Origin: Azolla caroliniana
Lineage: Eukaryota > Plantae > Polypodiophyta
NCBI GenBank assembly: GCA_043228905.1
Contig: JBHGNT010000016.1
Span: forward strand, 15,004,001 to 15,068,000
DNA length: 64,000 nt
Direction: 5' to 3'
Part shown: positions 48,633 through 62,500 of the stretch, one piece after another
Layout of the letters: each line of letters opens with the position of its first letter
How positions within the stretch are numbered: the stretch's first letter is position 1
Made by a program: the position numbers and the translations under genes
Notes under the pieces: generated by a model
Told to the model about the DNA's origin: nothing
Database searches by the model: none
What the model saw: the letters and a program-made list of their open reading frames with translations, nothing else

Positions 48633-51453
48633 GTCGTTGCCTCTGTTGTAACCGCCGCCTGTGGCGAAGATAGTGAGCACGAGGTCGTGCCTCCGTGAGC
48701 TCACTGTTGTACATTCTAACATAGTGATAGTTTGCAGCCTGTGGGCTGTCGTGGTTTTTTCCCTAGTTTGGGTTTTCCACGTAAACATCATGTGTACTCT
48801 TCTCTTCTTTGTGTCGTGCATTCTTTCCCCGATTTTCTGTGTATGTTTCTAAGCTCAGTTGTGGCCAAGCGTTGCGCATAGGGAGCGTGAGTTCCTGTCA
48901 TACATGACCAAGGTGGCGGAGGTGCGTGAGGTGGAAAGCTACACAGAAGCGGCAAAGGACGCACATTGGCGTGCCACTATGGAAGAAGAAATGCAGGCAC
49001 TTGATGCCAATGACACATGGGACCTAGTTCACCCTCCCCGACATTATAACCCGATCGGATGCAAGTGGGTGTACAAGGTAAAGTACAATGCCGACGGTTC
49101 AACTAACTGGTACAAGGCCTGGTTAGTGGCGAAGGGATACGCGCAGACTCACGGAATCAACTATGACAAGACCTTCGCTCCGGTGGCGAAGATGACGACG
49201 GTTCATGTAGTACTAGCAGTTGTTGTGCCAAGGGGGTGGCATCTTCATCAAAAGGATGTGAAGAATGCCTTTCTTCAAGGCGATCTTGAAGAACGGGTCT
49301 ACATGATTCAACTCCCCAGTTTTCAATCGGAGATAAACAAGTCGGCAGTATGCCGGCTGAAGAAGTCACTTTATGGCCTGAAGCAAGCCCCTCGAGCTTG
49401 GAATGCGAAGATCATGCACCGGTTGCGTAAGATGGGGTTTACGGCCTCCAATTCTGACTCTTTGTTGTTCATCCGGCAAGGTCCGGTTTGCATCTTGTTG
49501 TATGTTGATGATCTAGTCATCACCGGACCCGGACTCGATGAAATCAGCCGAGTCAAGTCCTAGCTGTCGGACGCATTTGAGATGAAGGACCTGGGGGACC
49601 TTCACTATTTCCTTGGGATCGAGGTGATCCGAACCCCCGACGGCATATTGCTCTCACAAAGACACTACGTGTTGAATATGTTGTACAAGTTCGGCATGAC
49701 GGAATGCCGACCAATCTCCACACCCCTAGACCGGAACCAGAAGCACCGTCTCAACTCCGGACCGGCCTGCGATGAGAAGCGGTTCCAACAAATCGTCGGA
49801 AGCCTCATATATTTTACAATCACCCGACCCGACATCAATTATCCGGTTGGCGTGATCAGCCAATATATGCAGAAGCCGACCGTGGAGCACCTTTTGTGTG
49901 CGCATCGAATTTTGCGATATGTGAGCGGCACGAAGGACCGGGGACTGTTATACCGGCATGGTATAACCGAAGAGCTAGTCGGCTACACCGATGCCGACTG
50001 GGCCGGCGATGCATTGGATCGCCGATCCACCTCCGGCTATATGTTTTACCTTGGTAGTGCAGCTGTTGCATGGAGTAGTAAAAAGCAGCCAACAGTGGCC
50101 CTCTCGAGCACTGAGGCTGAATACCGGGGCGCTACCGTTGCCACCTGTGAAGCCATTTGGCTTCGGCGACTGCTGCAAGACCTGCATATCGAGGTGTCGA
50201 CCCCGGTCCTGATCTACTGCAACAACATAGGCAACATACAACTCGCCAAGAACCCTGTATTCCATGCTCGCACAAAGCATATAGAAGTGCACTACCACTT
50301 CGTGCGTGAGCGTGTCCTGAGCAGTGAAGTCAAACTTCGGTATGTTCATACGGATCGGCAAGTTGCCCACATCTTCACTAAACCGCTCGGATCGGACAAG
50401 TTGCAGTAGTTCACCGAAATGCTTGGTGTTCAGAATCTCGATGTGCCAATCTTGAGGGGGAGAATGGGCAAAGACACTAGAATGGGCAAAGGCAAAGAAA
50501 CTACCGATTGCGCCGGCGAGGGAAGAACCGACAAAGGGGGAGATAAGAAGAAGAAAGGAGCCGAGTCGACAAAGTTGACACATCCGAACAAGTCAGAACA
50601 AGAGGCAACGACGGCAAAGTCAAGAAGAACAGAGCCGATTGGAAGGAGAAGGTCAACACCCGGACATGGTCCGATGTGGTGGAGGGCTTGGAACCGGAAG
50701 ACGAATCGGGAGCAATCGATTCGGAAAAGAGCTGGAACGAATCGGAGACAGCTGATTCGGCTCAACAGACGGATTTGGAAGAACCGGATCAATTCAAGGC
50801 CAAGAGGATGAGATGGCAGCAAAAGTCGACACCAACACGAAGGAATCGGCGGGTCGACAAGCGCCGAAGTCATGGCAGCAAGGGAGCTGATTTGGGCCTG
50901 TTGAGCAGACAAGCCGACCGAGGAGGTCGAGATGCGCAAAAATAGAAGAGCCATGGCAAATGGGACTAGACCGGACGAGGAGCGCGAGCAAGGCGGAGTG
51001 ACGTCAGAAGGAGCCGGGTGGAAGGACCAGCTGCCATGGAGATTGACACTACGATCCGACCTCAAGTTGAGCTTGAGGGGGAGTGTTGAGCGGCAAGCTC
51101 AACCAGATCCGGATCGGCATCCGAAAGGATGAGCCAGATCAGCGAGCCGGTGAGCTGGGGAGCCAGTTAGCTGGATCAAGCAGTAACCAGAAGCCAAGTA
51201 GCAGCTAGTCTACTAGGGAATTAATATCTCGTAGTTAGTGTCAAACTCTTGTGTGAGCATTGAAGTACATTGTACTTCTGTCAGTCCGTATGGACTTGTA
51301 TAAAAGTGTTCACTAAATACATACGATGTACAGACTGAGTAGTATTTTTTAATTGAGTTTTTGTGTGCTCTCTCTCTCTCCTGCGTACTGCTAAGCTCTC
51401 CATTAAACCTGTTTTCTGTTTTCTATTGCTTCCGCATGCTATTTGTTTCTACA
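45170..51453 (+). mobile_element. Full-length decayed Ty1/copia element
   Basis: LTRs 45170-45524 and 51084-51453, TSD AGTAG, iMet PBS at 45525, PPT at 51072-51083; CWYCGKKGHRESEC, WYIDSGAS, integrase, YVDD, RNase H. Confidence 0.95.
48275..48900 (+). mobile_element. Solo LTR (same family as 3745-4663)
   Basis: TG...CA ends with perfect TSD TACAT; the host frame HHYAYM|TKVAEVRE is restored on removal. Confidence 0.95.
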
Positions 51454-51531
51454 AGTAGCTAATTAGCTACTGAGCTAAAGTATGGTAGTAGCTAATTAGC
51501 TACCACTTAGCTAATTAGTTACTCAACAAAA

Positions 51532-54500
51532 TGAGAGGAATAGCACGGAATATTGCTCGGCCACAACCGAGTCTTGAATCACTTCTATGAGAATGAAACA
51601 TAGAAATTGGAAATGTAGAGTACACAAAGGAAATACAAAGAATGTTTACGTGGAGAGCCCAAATAAGGAAAAACCACGGGAGCCCATGGACTCCAACTAT
51701 CACCGTGGGAGAAAGGTACAATCAAAGACTCGTAGGCAATGACCTCAAGCTCTGTATCTTCGCCAACCAGTAGTTACAATAGAGTATCTCTCTGTATCTC
51801 ACACACTCTTTCTCTCTCGATGTCTCTGTACAACAGTTACAACAGTATGACAACTACAACATTTGCGTCATACATAAAGTGATTGCCCTAAGTCATATTT
51901 ATACTTATATGAAGTTAGGGCTATTTACAAATATATCCTGAATAGGCTTACTCAAAAAACATATTTACATATATGTCTCTCTTCTAGTTCTCACTGGCTC
52001 TCTTCCGATTCTCACCGGGTCTCCTCCGATTTCCGGATCTCTTCCGGTTCTCACTGGGTCCTCTTCATTCATCACCGGATCCCATCCGGAGAGACTAACT
52101 TCTCAACAATCTCCCCCTTCACTCCGGCATGGGATTTCTTGTCAGCCCAATTCGCTTTCGACACGTGTCTAGCTTGTCGGTTGTCATCACCTTGGTCAAC
52201 ATGTCCGACCCGTTCTCCGTGTGGATCTTCGTCAACACAAACTCTTGATGTTTTACTCTCTCCCAGATCGAGTGGTACCTCAGTTGGATATGTTTCGACT
52301 GGGAATGGTAGGAAACGTTCTTTGCAAGGTGGATGGCACTTTGACTGTCATAGTAGAGTTGGTATTCCTCCTGTTGGATCCCTAACTCTCCAATAAAGTC
52401 CTTCATCCAGATTATGTGCTTGCCGGCTTCCACAGTTGCCATGTACTCCGCCTCCGTGGTTGACAATGCAACCGTCTTCTACAGCCTCGACTACCATGAA
52501 ACATATCTGGATGTAGACCGACTGGTATCTGTATCAGCCGACATATCCGAATCCGTGAATCCGTCAAATTGGGGATTACTAGAGCTGAACCGAAGGCACA
52601 TACTCAAGGTGTCTTTCAAGTACCAGAGTATCCACTTGACTGCGTTCTAGTGCTCTTTGCCGGGATTGCTCATGAACCGACTCACCACTCCGACTGCATA
52701 TCCGATATCCGGCAAGGTACATACCATCGCGTACATCAAGATCCCGATGGCAGAAGCATATGGTATCTTCATCATATCCGTCTTCTCTACCTTTGTCCTT
52801 GGGCTTTGTTTCCTGGATAGCTTGTAGTTTGCCAGAAGTGTCGATTCGACCGGTTTCGCCTCCGACATGTTGAACCTTTGAAGCACCTTTGTCACGTACT
52901 TCTCATGTGACAACCACAATAGTTTCTTTGAACGGTCCCAGATGATGTGCATTCCCAATATCTGTCTTGCCGGACCCAAGTCTTTCATTGAGAAGGTCCG
53001 GTTCAGAGCCTTCTTCAGCATCCGGATCTTGCCTTGGTCTCGTCCAACGATCAACATATCATCCACATATAGGAGGAGTAACAAGAAATCTCCTCCATCG
53101 AATTTCTTCACAAACACGCAGTGATCGGCCTACGTCTTGTGGTACCCTTGGTCGTTCATGAGGGAGTCGAACTTCCAGTACCATTGCCGGGGAGCTTGTT
53201 TAAGTCCGTAAAGGCTCTTCTTCAGCCGGCACACCAGGTGCTCCTTCACTTTCCTTTCAAATCCTTCCGGTTGATGCATGTAGATCTCTTCTTCGAGGTC
53301 ACCATGGAGGAATGCCGTCTTGACGTCCAGTTGCTCTACGTCGAGGTCCATGCTTGACGCTATGCCCAATACCGTTAGGATGGATGTCATCTTTACTACC
53401 GGGGCAAAGATCTCATCGAAATCCACTCCTTTCTTCTGCTGGAAGCCCTTCACCACGATTCGGGCCTTATACCTGGGTGGATTTCCTACATCTCCCGGTT
53501 TGAACTTGTACACCCACTTGTTCGGGAGTGCTCTCTTCCCTTTCGGCAACTCTGTCAGTTCATATGTGTGGTTCTCATGCAGGGAATCTATCTCATCCTG
53601 CATGGCAGTCAACCACTTGTGGCTGTGGGTGTCTAGTTTTGCTTCTTCGAAGCTTTCCGGCTCCCCATCATTGGTTAGCAACACATGCTCTGCATCCGGA
53701 AATCTCCGGGGGGATATTCTCTCTCAAAATGGATATCTCCGTCCTTGGTTTCCGACTGCCGGTTCCTCCGTTTGTTCCGAATCCGAATTCGATTTGGGAT
53801 CTTGTCCGGTTCTAGTGTCTTCTTCTTCTTTAGTTAGTTCGGTTTCTTGTCCATATCCAGCCGGTTCATCGAGTGTCATCCGGTTACCGGCCAGCGTCCG
53901 GTTTTCAACCGGGTAAGTCGTTGTGTCCTCAAGCCGGTTTTCATGAATGATCCGAAGTTAATCACCTTCTTCTCCGACTCCCAGTCGGCAATGGTGTTGT
54001 CTTCCATAAAGACTATGTCCCGACTCCGGAACACCTTCTTGTCGACCAGATCCCACACCCGGTAACCGAACACATCATCGTCGTATCCAAGGAATATGTG
54101 TGGCTTGGACTTCGGATCCAACTTTGCTGTCTTGGCCTTTGCAACATGCACATATGCGAGACACCCGAACACCTTCAGATGCCGGTAAGATACATCTTTA
54201 CTAGTCCATACTTTCTGAGGTGAGTCTCCTTTCAAGAGGGTGATCTGTTTATCACATAGGTCGCCGTCATCAGCGCCTCAGCCCAAAACGTCTTGGGTAA
54301 CTTTGCATGTGCTAGCATGCTCTGGAATCTCTCCATTATGGTCCGGTTCATCCTTTCGGCCAGCCCATTTAGTTCCGGCGTCTTCGGCACGGTAATTTGA
54401 GCCGGATTCCCTTCGACCGACAGTACTCCTCGAACTGGCCCCGGTATTCTCCTCCGTTATCTGCTCGAACTACCTTCAGCTTCCGGCCAATTTCTCTTTC

Positions 54501-56681
54501 CACTCTTGCGTGGAGTTCCTTCAAGACGGATAACACCTAATCCTTCGTCTTCAGTGGTGAGACCCACAACTTCCGGCTGTGGTCATTTATGAACATCACG
54601 AAGTATTGCGCTCCGGCATGTGACTTCGTGTCCACTTGACACACATCAGTATGCACCAACTCCAGTGGTGCATTCCGTCTCATCGGTGGCCTTGATTGGA
54701 AGGAGATTCAGTTTTCCTTGCCGTCCAAGCAATCGGTGCACTTCTCAAGTTGTACTTCCTTCACTAGAATGAGGTTGTCTTCGGCAAGCCTCTTCATCCC
54801 CTTCTCACTCATGTGACACAGTCTTTTGTGCCACGACTCACTGGCAGTGTCAGATGCTACGTTCACTTCTTCCCGGCATAACTGGGCATTCATCAAGTAC
54901 AGTGTGTTGACCTTCCGGGCTCGAGCCACTATTAGGCTCCCTTTGCAGAACTTCATGACTCCGTTTCGGATGCTACCCATGTAGCCTTCATCATCTAACC
55001 GGCTGGTTGATATCAGGTTCAGTCGAACCTCCAGAATGTGTTAGACATCCTTCATCAGCAACTTGCATCCAATTGGTGTTGTCAACAACACATCTCCTAT
55101 GCCAATAATTCGGCATGTACCTTCATTCCCCATCTGGACACAACCATGATCAACGACTGTGTAGGATGAGAAGCATTTCCGATCCGGTGTCAGGTGGAAC
55201 GACGCTCCGGAATCGACAACCCATGTTATCTCATCACCGACAAGGTTTAACTCATTCTCCTCAGTAATGAGCATCAGTTCCTCTTCACTTGTCGCGATCG
55301 CCGACGTTCCTTTCCGGTCTGAACTCTTCTTCGAATTGGTAGGGCCGGTTTCTTTCTCCTTTCGGAAATGCCGGCAATTCTTCTGGAAATGTCCCGGCTT
55401 CCTGCAATAGAAGCACGTGAGCCTCTCCCTTGATTTCGACCTCGTCCCCAATTTGTCTCGGTTTTGGGGACTCCGATACCGGCCTCTTCCCCGGTTGTGG
55501 TCATCATCCATGACCAGTGCCTTCGGATCAATTCTGAACTCCTGGTCCTTCCGGTGAGCTTCTTCATCTAGCAGACTTGATTTTACCCTTGCTAGGGACA
55601 ACTGTTTTCCTTCCGGCCCGGCGTTGCCCAATGTGACAACCAACGTCTCCCAGCTATCCGGGAGGGAACTGAGCAGGAGCAATACGAGCTCATCGGCGAG
55701 AGGTACTTCCAACGAGGTTGCTTGATGTATTAGCCCTTGGAAGATATTCATGTGCTCCGCCATACTGGAGTCGTCTTGGTACCAGAGCCTCACTAGCTTC
55801 CAGAAGACTGAAACCCGGTTAACAACATTTTTGTTCTGGAACATGATGCCGATCTTCTCCCAGAGTTCACAAGCCTTACTTTCCTCATTGAAGTTGTTGT
55901 ACAAGCTCATGTCAATGAAGCACCGGATGTATGCCATCATCTTCATGTGCATCACCTCCCACACTATGGCGTCGATCTTATCTGGTTTCTTGTCCCCGAA
56001 CTGAACCGGCAACCAAAGATCTTTGACCACCAGCATATCCCTCATCTTCGACTTCAACACTGAGTAGTTGGATCCGGTGAGCTTGAACATGCCATCGAAT
56101 GATTCTTCCATTTTCTGTGTTGTTCGCTCTAATACCGAGTCTTGAATCACTTCTATGAGAATGAAACATAGAAATGGGAAATGGAGAGTACATAAAGGAA
56201 ATACACAAAATGTTTACATGGAAAACCCGAATAGGGAAAAACCACGGGAGCCCACAAACCCAACTATCACTATGGGAGAAAGGTACAATTAGAGACTCGT
56301 GGGCAATGACCTCGAGCTCTGTATCTTCGCCAACTGGTGGTTACAACAGAGTATCTCTCTGTATCTCACACACTCTCTCGCTGTACAACAGTTACAATAG
56401 TATGACAACTACAACCTTTGCTTCATACATAAAGTGATTGCCCTAAGTCATATTTATACTTATATGAAGTTACGGCTATTTACAAATATAGCCTGAATAG
56501 GCTTACTCAAAAAACATATTTACAGATATGTCTCTCTTTCGGTTCTCACCGGGTCTCCTTCGGTTTCCGGATCTCTTTTGGTTCTCACCGAGTCTCCTCC
56601 GGTTTCCGGATCTCTTCCGGTTCTCACCGGGTCCTCTTCATTCATCACCGGATCCCATTCAGAGAGACTAACTTCTCAACA
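51532..56681 (-). mobile_element. Full-length decayed Ty1/copia element, Tnt1/Tork-like
   Basis: LTRs 51532-52108 and about 56136-56681, TSD CAAAA/CTAAA, PPT AGGGGGAGAT; CFYCRKPGHFQKNC, WVVDSGASFH, KARIVVKGFQQKKGVDFDEIF, IPYASAIGILMYAMVCT. Confidence 0.92.
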
Positions 56682-57029
56682 CTAAATTGTGGTAGTAGAT
56701 AATTAGCTATTGTTTTCAACTATGGTAGCAACTAAGTAGCTACCACTTAGGTACTTAGTTACTCAACTAAACTATGGTAGTAGCTAATTAGCTACTTAGC
56801 TAATGTATGGTAGTAGCTAATTAGCTATTACTTAGCCCAAGATCATCAAAACTGCTCCCATAAAAATGTCTTCCCAATATCAATAAATTGTCATGCAATA
56901 TCGATTCCTTCTTGGATAAGAAGCAATCAATATGTTGTAGTTTCCACACTGTATACGGCTTACCTAATTAGCAAAGATGGAACTAATTAGCTACACTATG
57001 GTCACAAGCAACAATTTTACTTGTTAGTT

Positions 57030-58900
57030 TTCTCTACTCATCTGGGAGTGTTGTACTACAATCCCCCAAACAGAATGCACCAATGCGACAAGCATATTGA
57101 AAACAAACGATATGGTATGTGTGTTATGATGGTTGTAGGTGAACCAACAGAGTAGCAGATTTGTGCTCTACACGTAATCCACAAGCAATGCAACGTGCTT
57201 GAACAATCAATATATCGTTTCTTGGTTCTCCTACATTTGGTAAGGGAGCAAGAATGTTCAGGTCCAATTCTTGTTTCCTCCTTACCATCCCCTCCACAAA
57301 ATGTAGCTGCTTCTTAAGGCAGCTAACTAATCGTTCTTGACGGGAGTATTGTTCCTTCAACGCAACTGAGAAATTTACCGATTAATTATTTCTTAATGAG
57401 GAAGATACAACAACAAGAAACATGAATCATTAACTTACTTGTAGCTTGTCCAAATTGTAATCTGCGATAGTATTTAAACCTAGAAGGTCCAAGTTCATTG
57501 AAAGAACCTGGATCTCTGTCTGCAGTTGAATTTTCCGTTGGGGATCTAGCGACCCCTCAATTTCAAGATCATGTTGAGCAACCTGTTCCAGATAACGCCT
57601 CAATAGCATATTTTCATGTACAAGTTATTTATAACATATTACATACTAGCAAAACAATAGGTACTTGAATCTTATTTCTGATTTTTGTAACTGCCAAAGT
57701 GACTTTGCTCTCCATCCCAACAACCAATGCTGCTTTCTCTAAATCAGTCTTAAAAAACTCCAATGTCTCACAGGCTTAATGGACATTTTTTAGCATATAG
57801 CTAATCAATGTCTCACCTGTATCATCCACATTGGCTTTCATTGTGTGTCGGTGTAGCGTATACTTCTGGGTTTGTTGGGAGTCGACAGTTGCATCATCAA
57901 CGACCATGCTCCAAAATCTTGCCATTTTTTGTTGCAAGCTCCCCATCTTCCGACATCTTTTTATCGATGCCTCACCATAAATTGTCCAAGCTACCCTGTA
58001 CATTTCAGGGTCACAAGATTCCTTCGTTGTTTTGCAATACTCATATGCAAAAGCTCTGGCAAATGAAACGAACAACTCGTTGTTGACCGGGATCTCTTGA
58101 TGTACTTTTTGGTGCAGTCTCATGCAGTCATCGTACAAGTCCGGTCGTACATGCTTGACCTTGACCTTGCCTTTTACTCTAGGCACTTTATATACTGACA
58201 TCTAGTCTACATCACTAATCAATCTATCTGTTAGAACAGCAGGGTCAATACCCTCGAGCGACAGACCATATATGTTGTGAAAGTCCTCATTCATCTCGCA
58301 AAATTTTGCGAAGTTCATCACTCTAGGATAGGGAGGAACGAGCCACCTGAAATAGAAAATCAGTAATTAGAATTAGTGCAAAAACAGAATTTTTAATGTG
58401 AATTTGGTGCAAAATTACAGCACTTTGAGACAGTAATCTGAAATTTGTAATCTGTCCTTTTCAACATGTATCAGAAATCAACCACTTAAAAAAACAGGAA
58501 CCCTAAACATAATTTGTCATGAGAATTGGTGCAAAATTACAACACATTGCGACAATAATCTGAAATTTGTAATCAGAAACCCTAAACCACTTAAGGGAAA
58601 AACAAACCCTAATCATCGCTAAAGGCAGAAATCAACTGTACTACGAAATTCTGTCAATCAGAAACACACCTATTGCTACACCCCAATCTTCGCGACATCC
58701 CTATTTGGGACTCCAACGACTTCGCCCTATTCGATTTTTGGGAAAGATGAACAGGCACCATAGTTATAGACAACTATTAGAAAGGAAAAATAAAATAAAA
58801 TTTAATATGTAACTAATACATACCTGGACGAGCATCGACTTGATTGTGTGTTGTAGCTTTGAAGGTGCAATGTCGATCTCAGAGTTTTTGTACTACTGCG
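57030..58900 (-). pseudogene. Spliced gene of unknown function with coiled-coil-like segment and C-terminal RING-like Cys/His cluster
   Basis: ORFs 57776-58201 and 57124-57360; CIAC..QPS*HTYHIVC..C...C; canonical splice signals near 58823 (donor), 58347 (acceptor), 57437 (donor) and 57366 (acceptor). Confidence 0.55.
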
Positions 58901-59224
58901 GGAGCTTCATTTGCGTTCATGCTCAGAGTACTCCATCAGTTTGGAGTTCAAACTCGAACTGAGGAATTTGATGACAATCAAGTCAACCTTAGATGATGGC
59001 ACTATTCCCCATGTTCCACTATGTCAGAAACCAAAGTTCAAATATTTGAGTATTCTCATAAATTAAATGACATGTATTTAACTAATAAAACATTAAATTT
59101 CGTAAACCATCCTTATGATTTTCCCACAAAAAACTAGCTAAACAAATAGCTAATTAGCAGTGGCCATTTTAGTAGCTAATTTTCTATAATAGTGTTTCCA
59201 CTCGCATGCTTTTACCCTATAATC

Positions 59225-59527
59225 TGTTTTAATCGATTAAGGGTCTTTCTTTCTCCTCTAATTGTTTCCCGTGTCGCTCCATTCACGACCGAGCCGGTCG
59301 ACCTCTGTGCTTGACGACACGCTCTCTTGGTCTCTCTCTCTTGCTTCTTTTCGCCCTTCTCTCACGCTCCTTGGTTCAGGACCCCCGGGGTCCCGCCTTC
59401 GTTTCTTACACGTACGAGTAGTTACGCGACAACGTAATATAAAGTTTCTTGCTTTAGAGCTCTCTCTCTCTCTCTCTCTCTCAGTCTCTTGTCTCATGTG
59501 CGCGCACACACACACACATTGTTTACA
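59225..59527 (+). mobile_element. Two abutting LTR 3'-end relics (gypsy-type to 59430, then copia-type)
   Basis: CAGGACCCCCG.GGTCCCGCC and CGCGACA end resemble the gypsy LTRs; TAATA.A.AGTTTCTTGCTTTAGAGCTCTC matches 23382-23410. Confidence 0.6.
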
Positions 59528-59529
59528 AT

Positions 59530-62500
59530 TATGTAACGTTAATCGATGACTTCTCTAGGCATGCTTGGATTTACCTCATGCGGTAGAAGAGTGAACTGTT
59601 CTTGCACTTCGAGAAATTCAAAAACAAAGTCGAAAAGGCAACCGGTCGACATGTATTATGTCTTCGACCAGACGGTGGCAAACAGTGCTTCTCCGACGCC
59701 TTCACAACATATCTTTGACAAGAAGGAATATGGCGGGAGTTTACTTGCCGACACACACCTCAACAGAACGGAGTAGTTGAACGAAAGAACCAACACATAC
59801 TCGAGGTGGCAAGGGCGATGATGAATGAGAAACATCTGCCAAAACCGTACTGGGCTAAAGCGGCGAACATGGCTGTCTATGTAATGAAACACTGCACAAC
59901 ATCTAGAGTGCATGATATTACCCCCCACAAGAGGCTCCATGGATCTATCCCACGTTAGGATATGTTGCATACGTACATATTCCCAATGAAAAGTGGCAAA
60001 AGCTCGATCCAAAATCGGAGAAGTGTATATTCGAGGGGTACTCGCTCGAATAAGTTCTTCAACCCCTCTACCAAGAAGGTACGAGTGAGTAGGGATGTCG
60101 TATTTGACGAATCGGCATCCTGGTACTTAGCCGAATCAACTCCATAGAAGTGCTTCAACCCCTCTACCAAGAAGGTACGAGTGAGTAGGGATGGACGAAT
60201 CGGCATCCTGGTACTCAGCCGAGTCAACTCCATCCGATCCAATCAAAACCTATTTCAACATAGACTCGGAGGAGTTTGATCGTATAAGGCTCACAAAAGA
60301 GGAAATTCCAATCTTAACCAGACTCAGTGAACCACACGCGCCATCAAGCAACCACAACATGTCACAGCCAAGTCCAAAATCGGAAAAAAGGAAGGCCAAA
60401 ATTTCTGAGTACGAAGACTTAGATGGAAACGATTTGACTCATTCCCTCGACAATGTATATGGTGGATTGGATGTGCCTATCATGAGGAGACTAGGAGCCA
60501 AGAAAGTGTTCACCAAGATAAGTGAACAACCACGTCGGTCCACCCGAGAGAAGAACGCAGTCAACCGATTGGGCTATAATGACTACATGGCGTATCATTA
60601 TGCCTTTATGGCGACAATTAGGGAGCTGGAAAACTTTTCTGAAGCTACTAAGGACCCGCAATGGGTCGAAGCGATGAATGAGGAGATGCAATCACTCTCC
60701 AAAAACGAGACATGGGATCTCGTCCCCTCTTCACCGCATAAAAAGACAATCCGATACCGATGGATATTCAAGGTGAAGCACAATACCGACGGCACCGTCA
60801 ATCGGTTTAAGGCCCATCTTGTGGCAAAAGGCTATGTGCAGACAGATGGAGTAGATTACGAAGAAACCTTTGCCCCGATGGCAAAGATGACTACCATCCG
60901 AACCGTGATCATGCTTGCAGCAACACAAGGGTGGCCCCTCCATTAAATGGAAGTTAAGAACGTCATTCTCCAAGGAGAATTAGATGAGGAGGTGTACATG
61001 GTACAACCACCCGGATTCAAGTCGCGTACGCATCTAACTAATGTCTGCCAACTCAAAATGCCTCTCTACGGCCTCAAGGAGGCACCTAGAGCCTGACATT
61101 CGAAGATAACCCAATATCTTCATCAAATCGGCTTCAAAATGTTCAAGTCTGACAATTCCCTATTTATCCGGAGCGACTCCAAAGGACGGGTATTTATCAT
61201 AATACATGTGGATGACTTGGTCATTAGAGGAGAGCATTTAGCAAATATCAATCATATCAAAATGCTTCTCTCCGGCCGATTTCAAATGAAAGACATGAAG
61301 GAGCTCCATTACTTTCTAGGAATAGAAGTAATTCAGACTCCTATTGGCATCATGAGCTCCCAACGACATTACATCCTCAATCTTCTTTACAAGTTTGGGG
61401 TGATAGAGTGTAAGCTTGTAGCAATCCATCTGGATCGAAATCTAAAGCTAGATGCCGATTGTGGCACAAAAGAGTGTGAGCCTACATATTGTCGGCAACT
61501 TGTCGGGAGCCTTATTTATCTCACCACAGTTTATACATACACCATGGAACATTCACCTGGACTATGCTGAGTGAGTGTTACACTATGTAAGTGGGACAAT
61601 GGATTGCGGCATTCTCTACAAATTGGTCACACCAATTCAACTCGAAGGGTACACCGATGCCGATTGGGCCGGGTATGAAATCGATAGACGATCAACATCA
61701 GGATTCTTCTTCTCCCTCGGTAGCGAAGCCATATCGTGGAGTAGTAAGATGCAGCCGACAATCACATTGTCGAGCATAGAGGCGGAATACAGGGGAGCGA
61801 CAGTTGCCGCATGTGAAGTTGTTTGGCTCAAAAGAATATTGAAGGATTTGAGCATTCCCATCAAGGATTTGATTGTCCTTTACTGCCACAACATGAGCAA
61901 CATCCACCTGGCCCATAACCCAGTATTCCATGCTCGGACTAAGCACATTGAGGTGCATTATCACTTCATTTGAGAGTGTGTCCTGGCTGAAGATGTCAAC
62001 CTGCAACGCATCAACACGAATCTGCAAATGGCCGACATCGAACAAAGGCCCTGGGCTTCAACAAGCTGCGGAAGTTCACAATGAACATAGATCTTTCTTT
62101 TACTGACCAACCGAGCTTGAGGGGGAGTAAGGAACCGTTCAACATGATGTCGATCAGAGCCGAACGAACACAGAAGTGAGCCAACTACCCGAACCCGAAG
62201 TCGGAGTCAACTCAAAGCCAACTTGAAGACCAATCCGAACCAACCATCCGGCGATAGAAGTTGCGTTTGAAGGGGCATGTTGAGAATCAAACTCAATTTC
62301 CCTTGTGTGGGAACACACCTTAGTATACTCAAGTGTGTGAAAACCCCACCTCCTAGTATAGTAACTAGTGTGTCATAGAACTTTAAGTTTTAATAATGAC
62401 ACATATTTAGTAGATAGTGAAGTCTCTACCTCTTTTTCAAGTGGTGGTTGTAGTAAGAGAACATAGAGAGAAGGTGACTATGTAAGCACCCTCCCCTCCT

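Larger units (their letters stand above)
44657..56836. repeat. Second TAGCTAATTAGCTA array, split into 44657-45169, 51454-51531 and 56682-56836 by two copia insertions
   Basis: Same palindrome and linkers as 28322-30410; repeat phase continues across both TSDs. Confidence 0.9.

Noticed and set aside
59190-59220. Right TIR of the cargo-bearing DNA element
   Set aside because: A plausible boundary, but I found no matching inverted copy near 28250-28320 or elsewhere.
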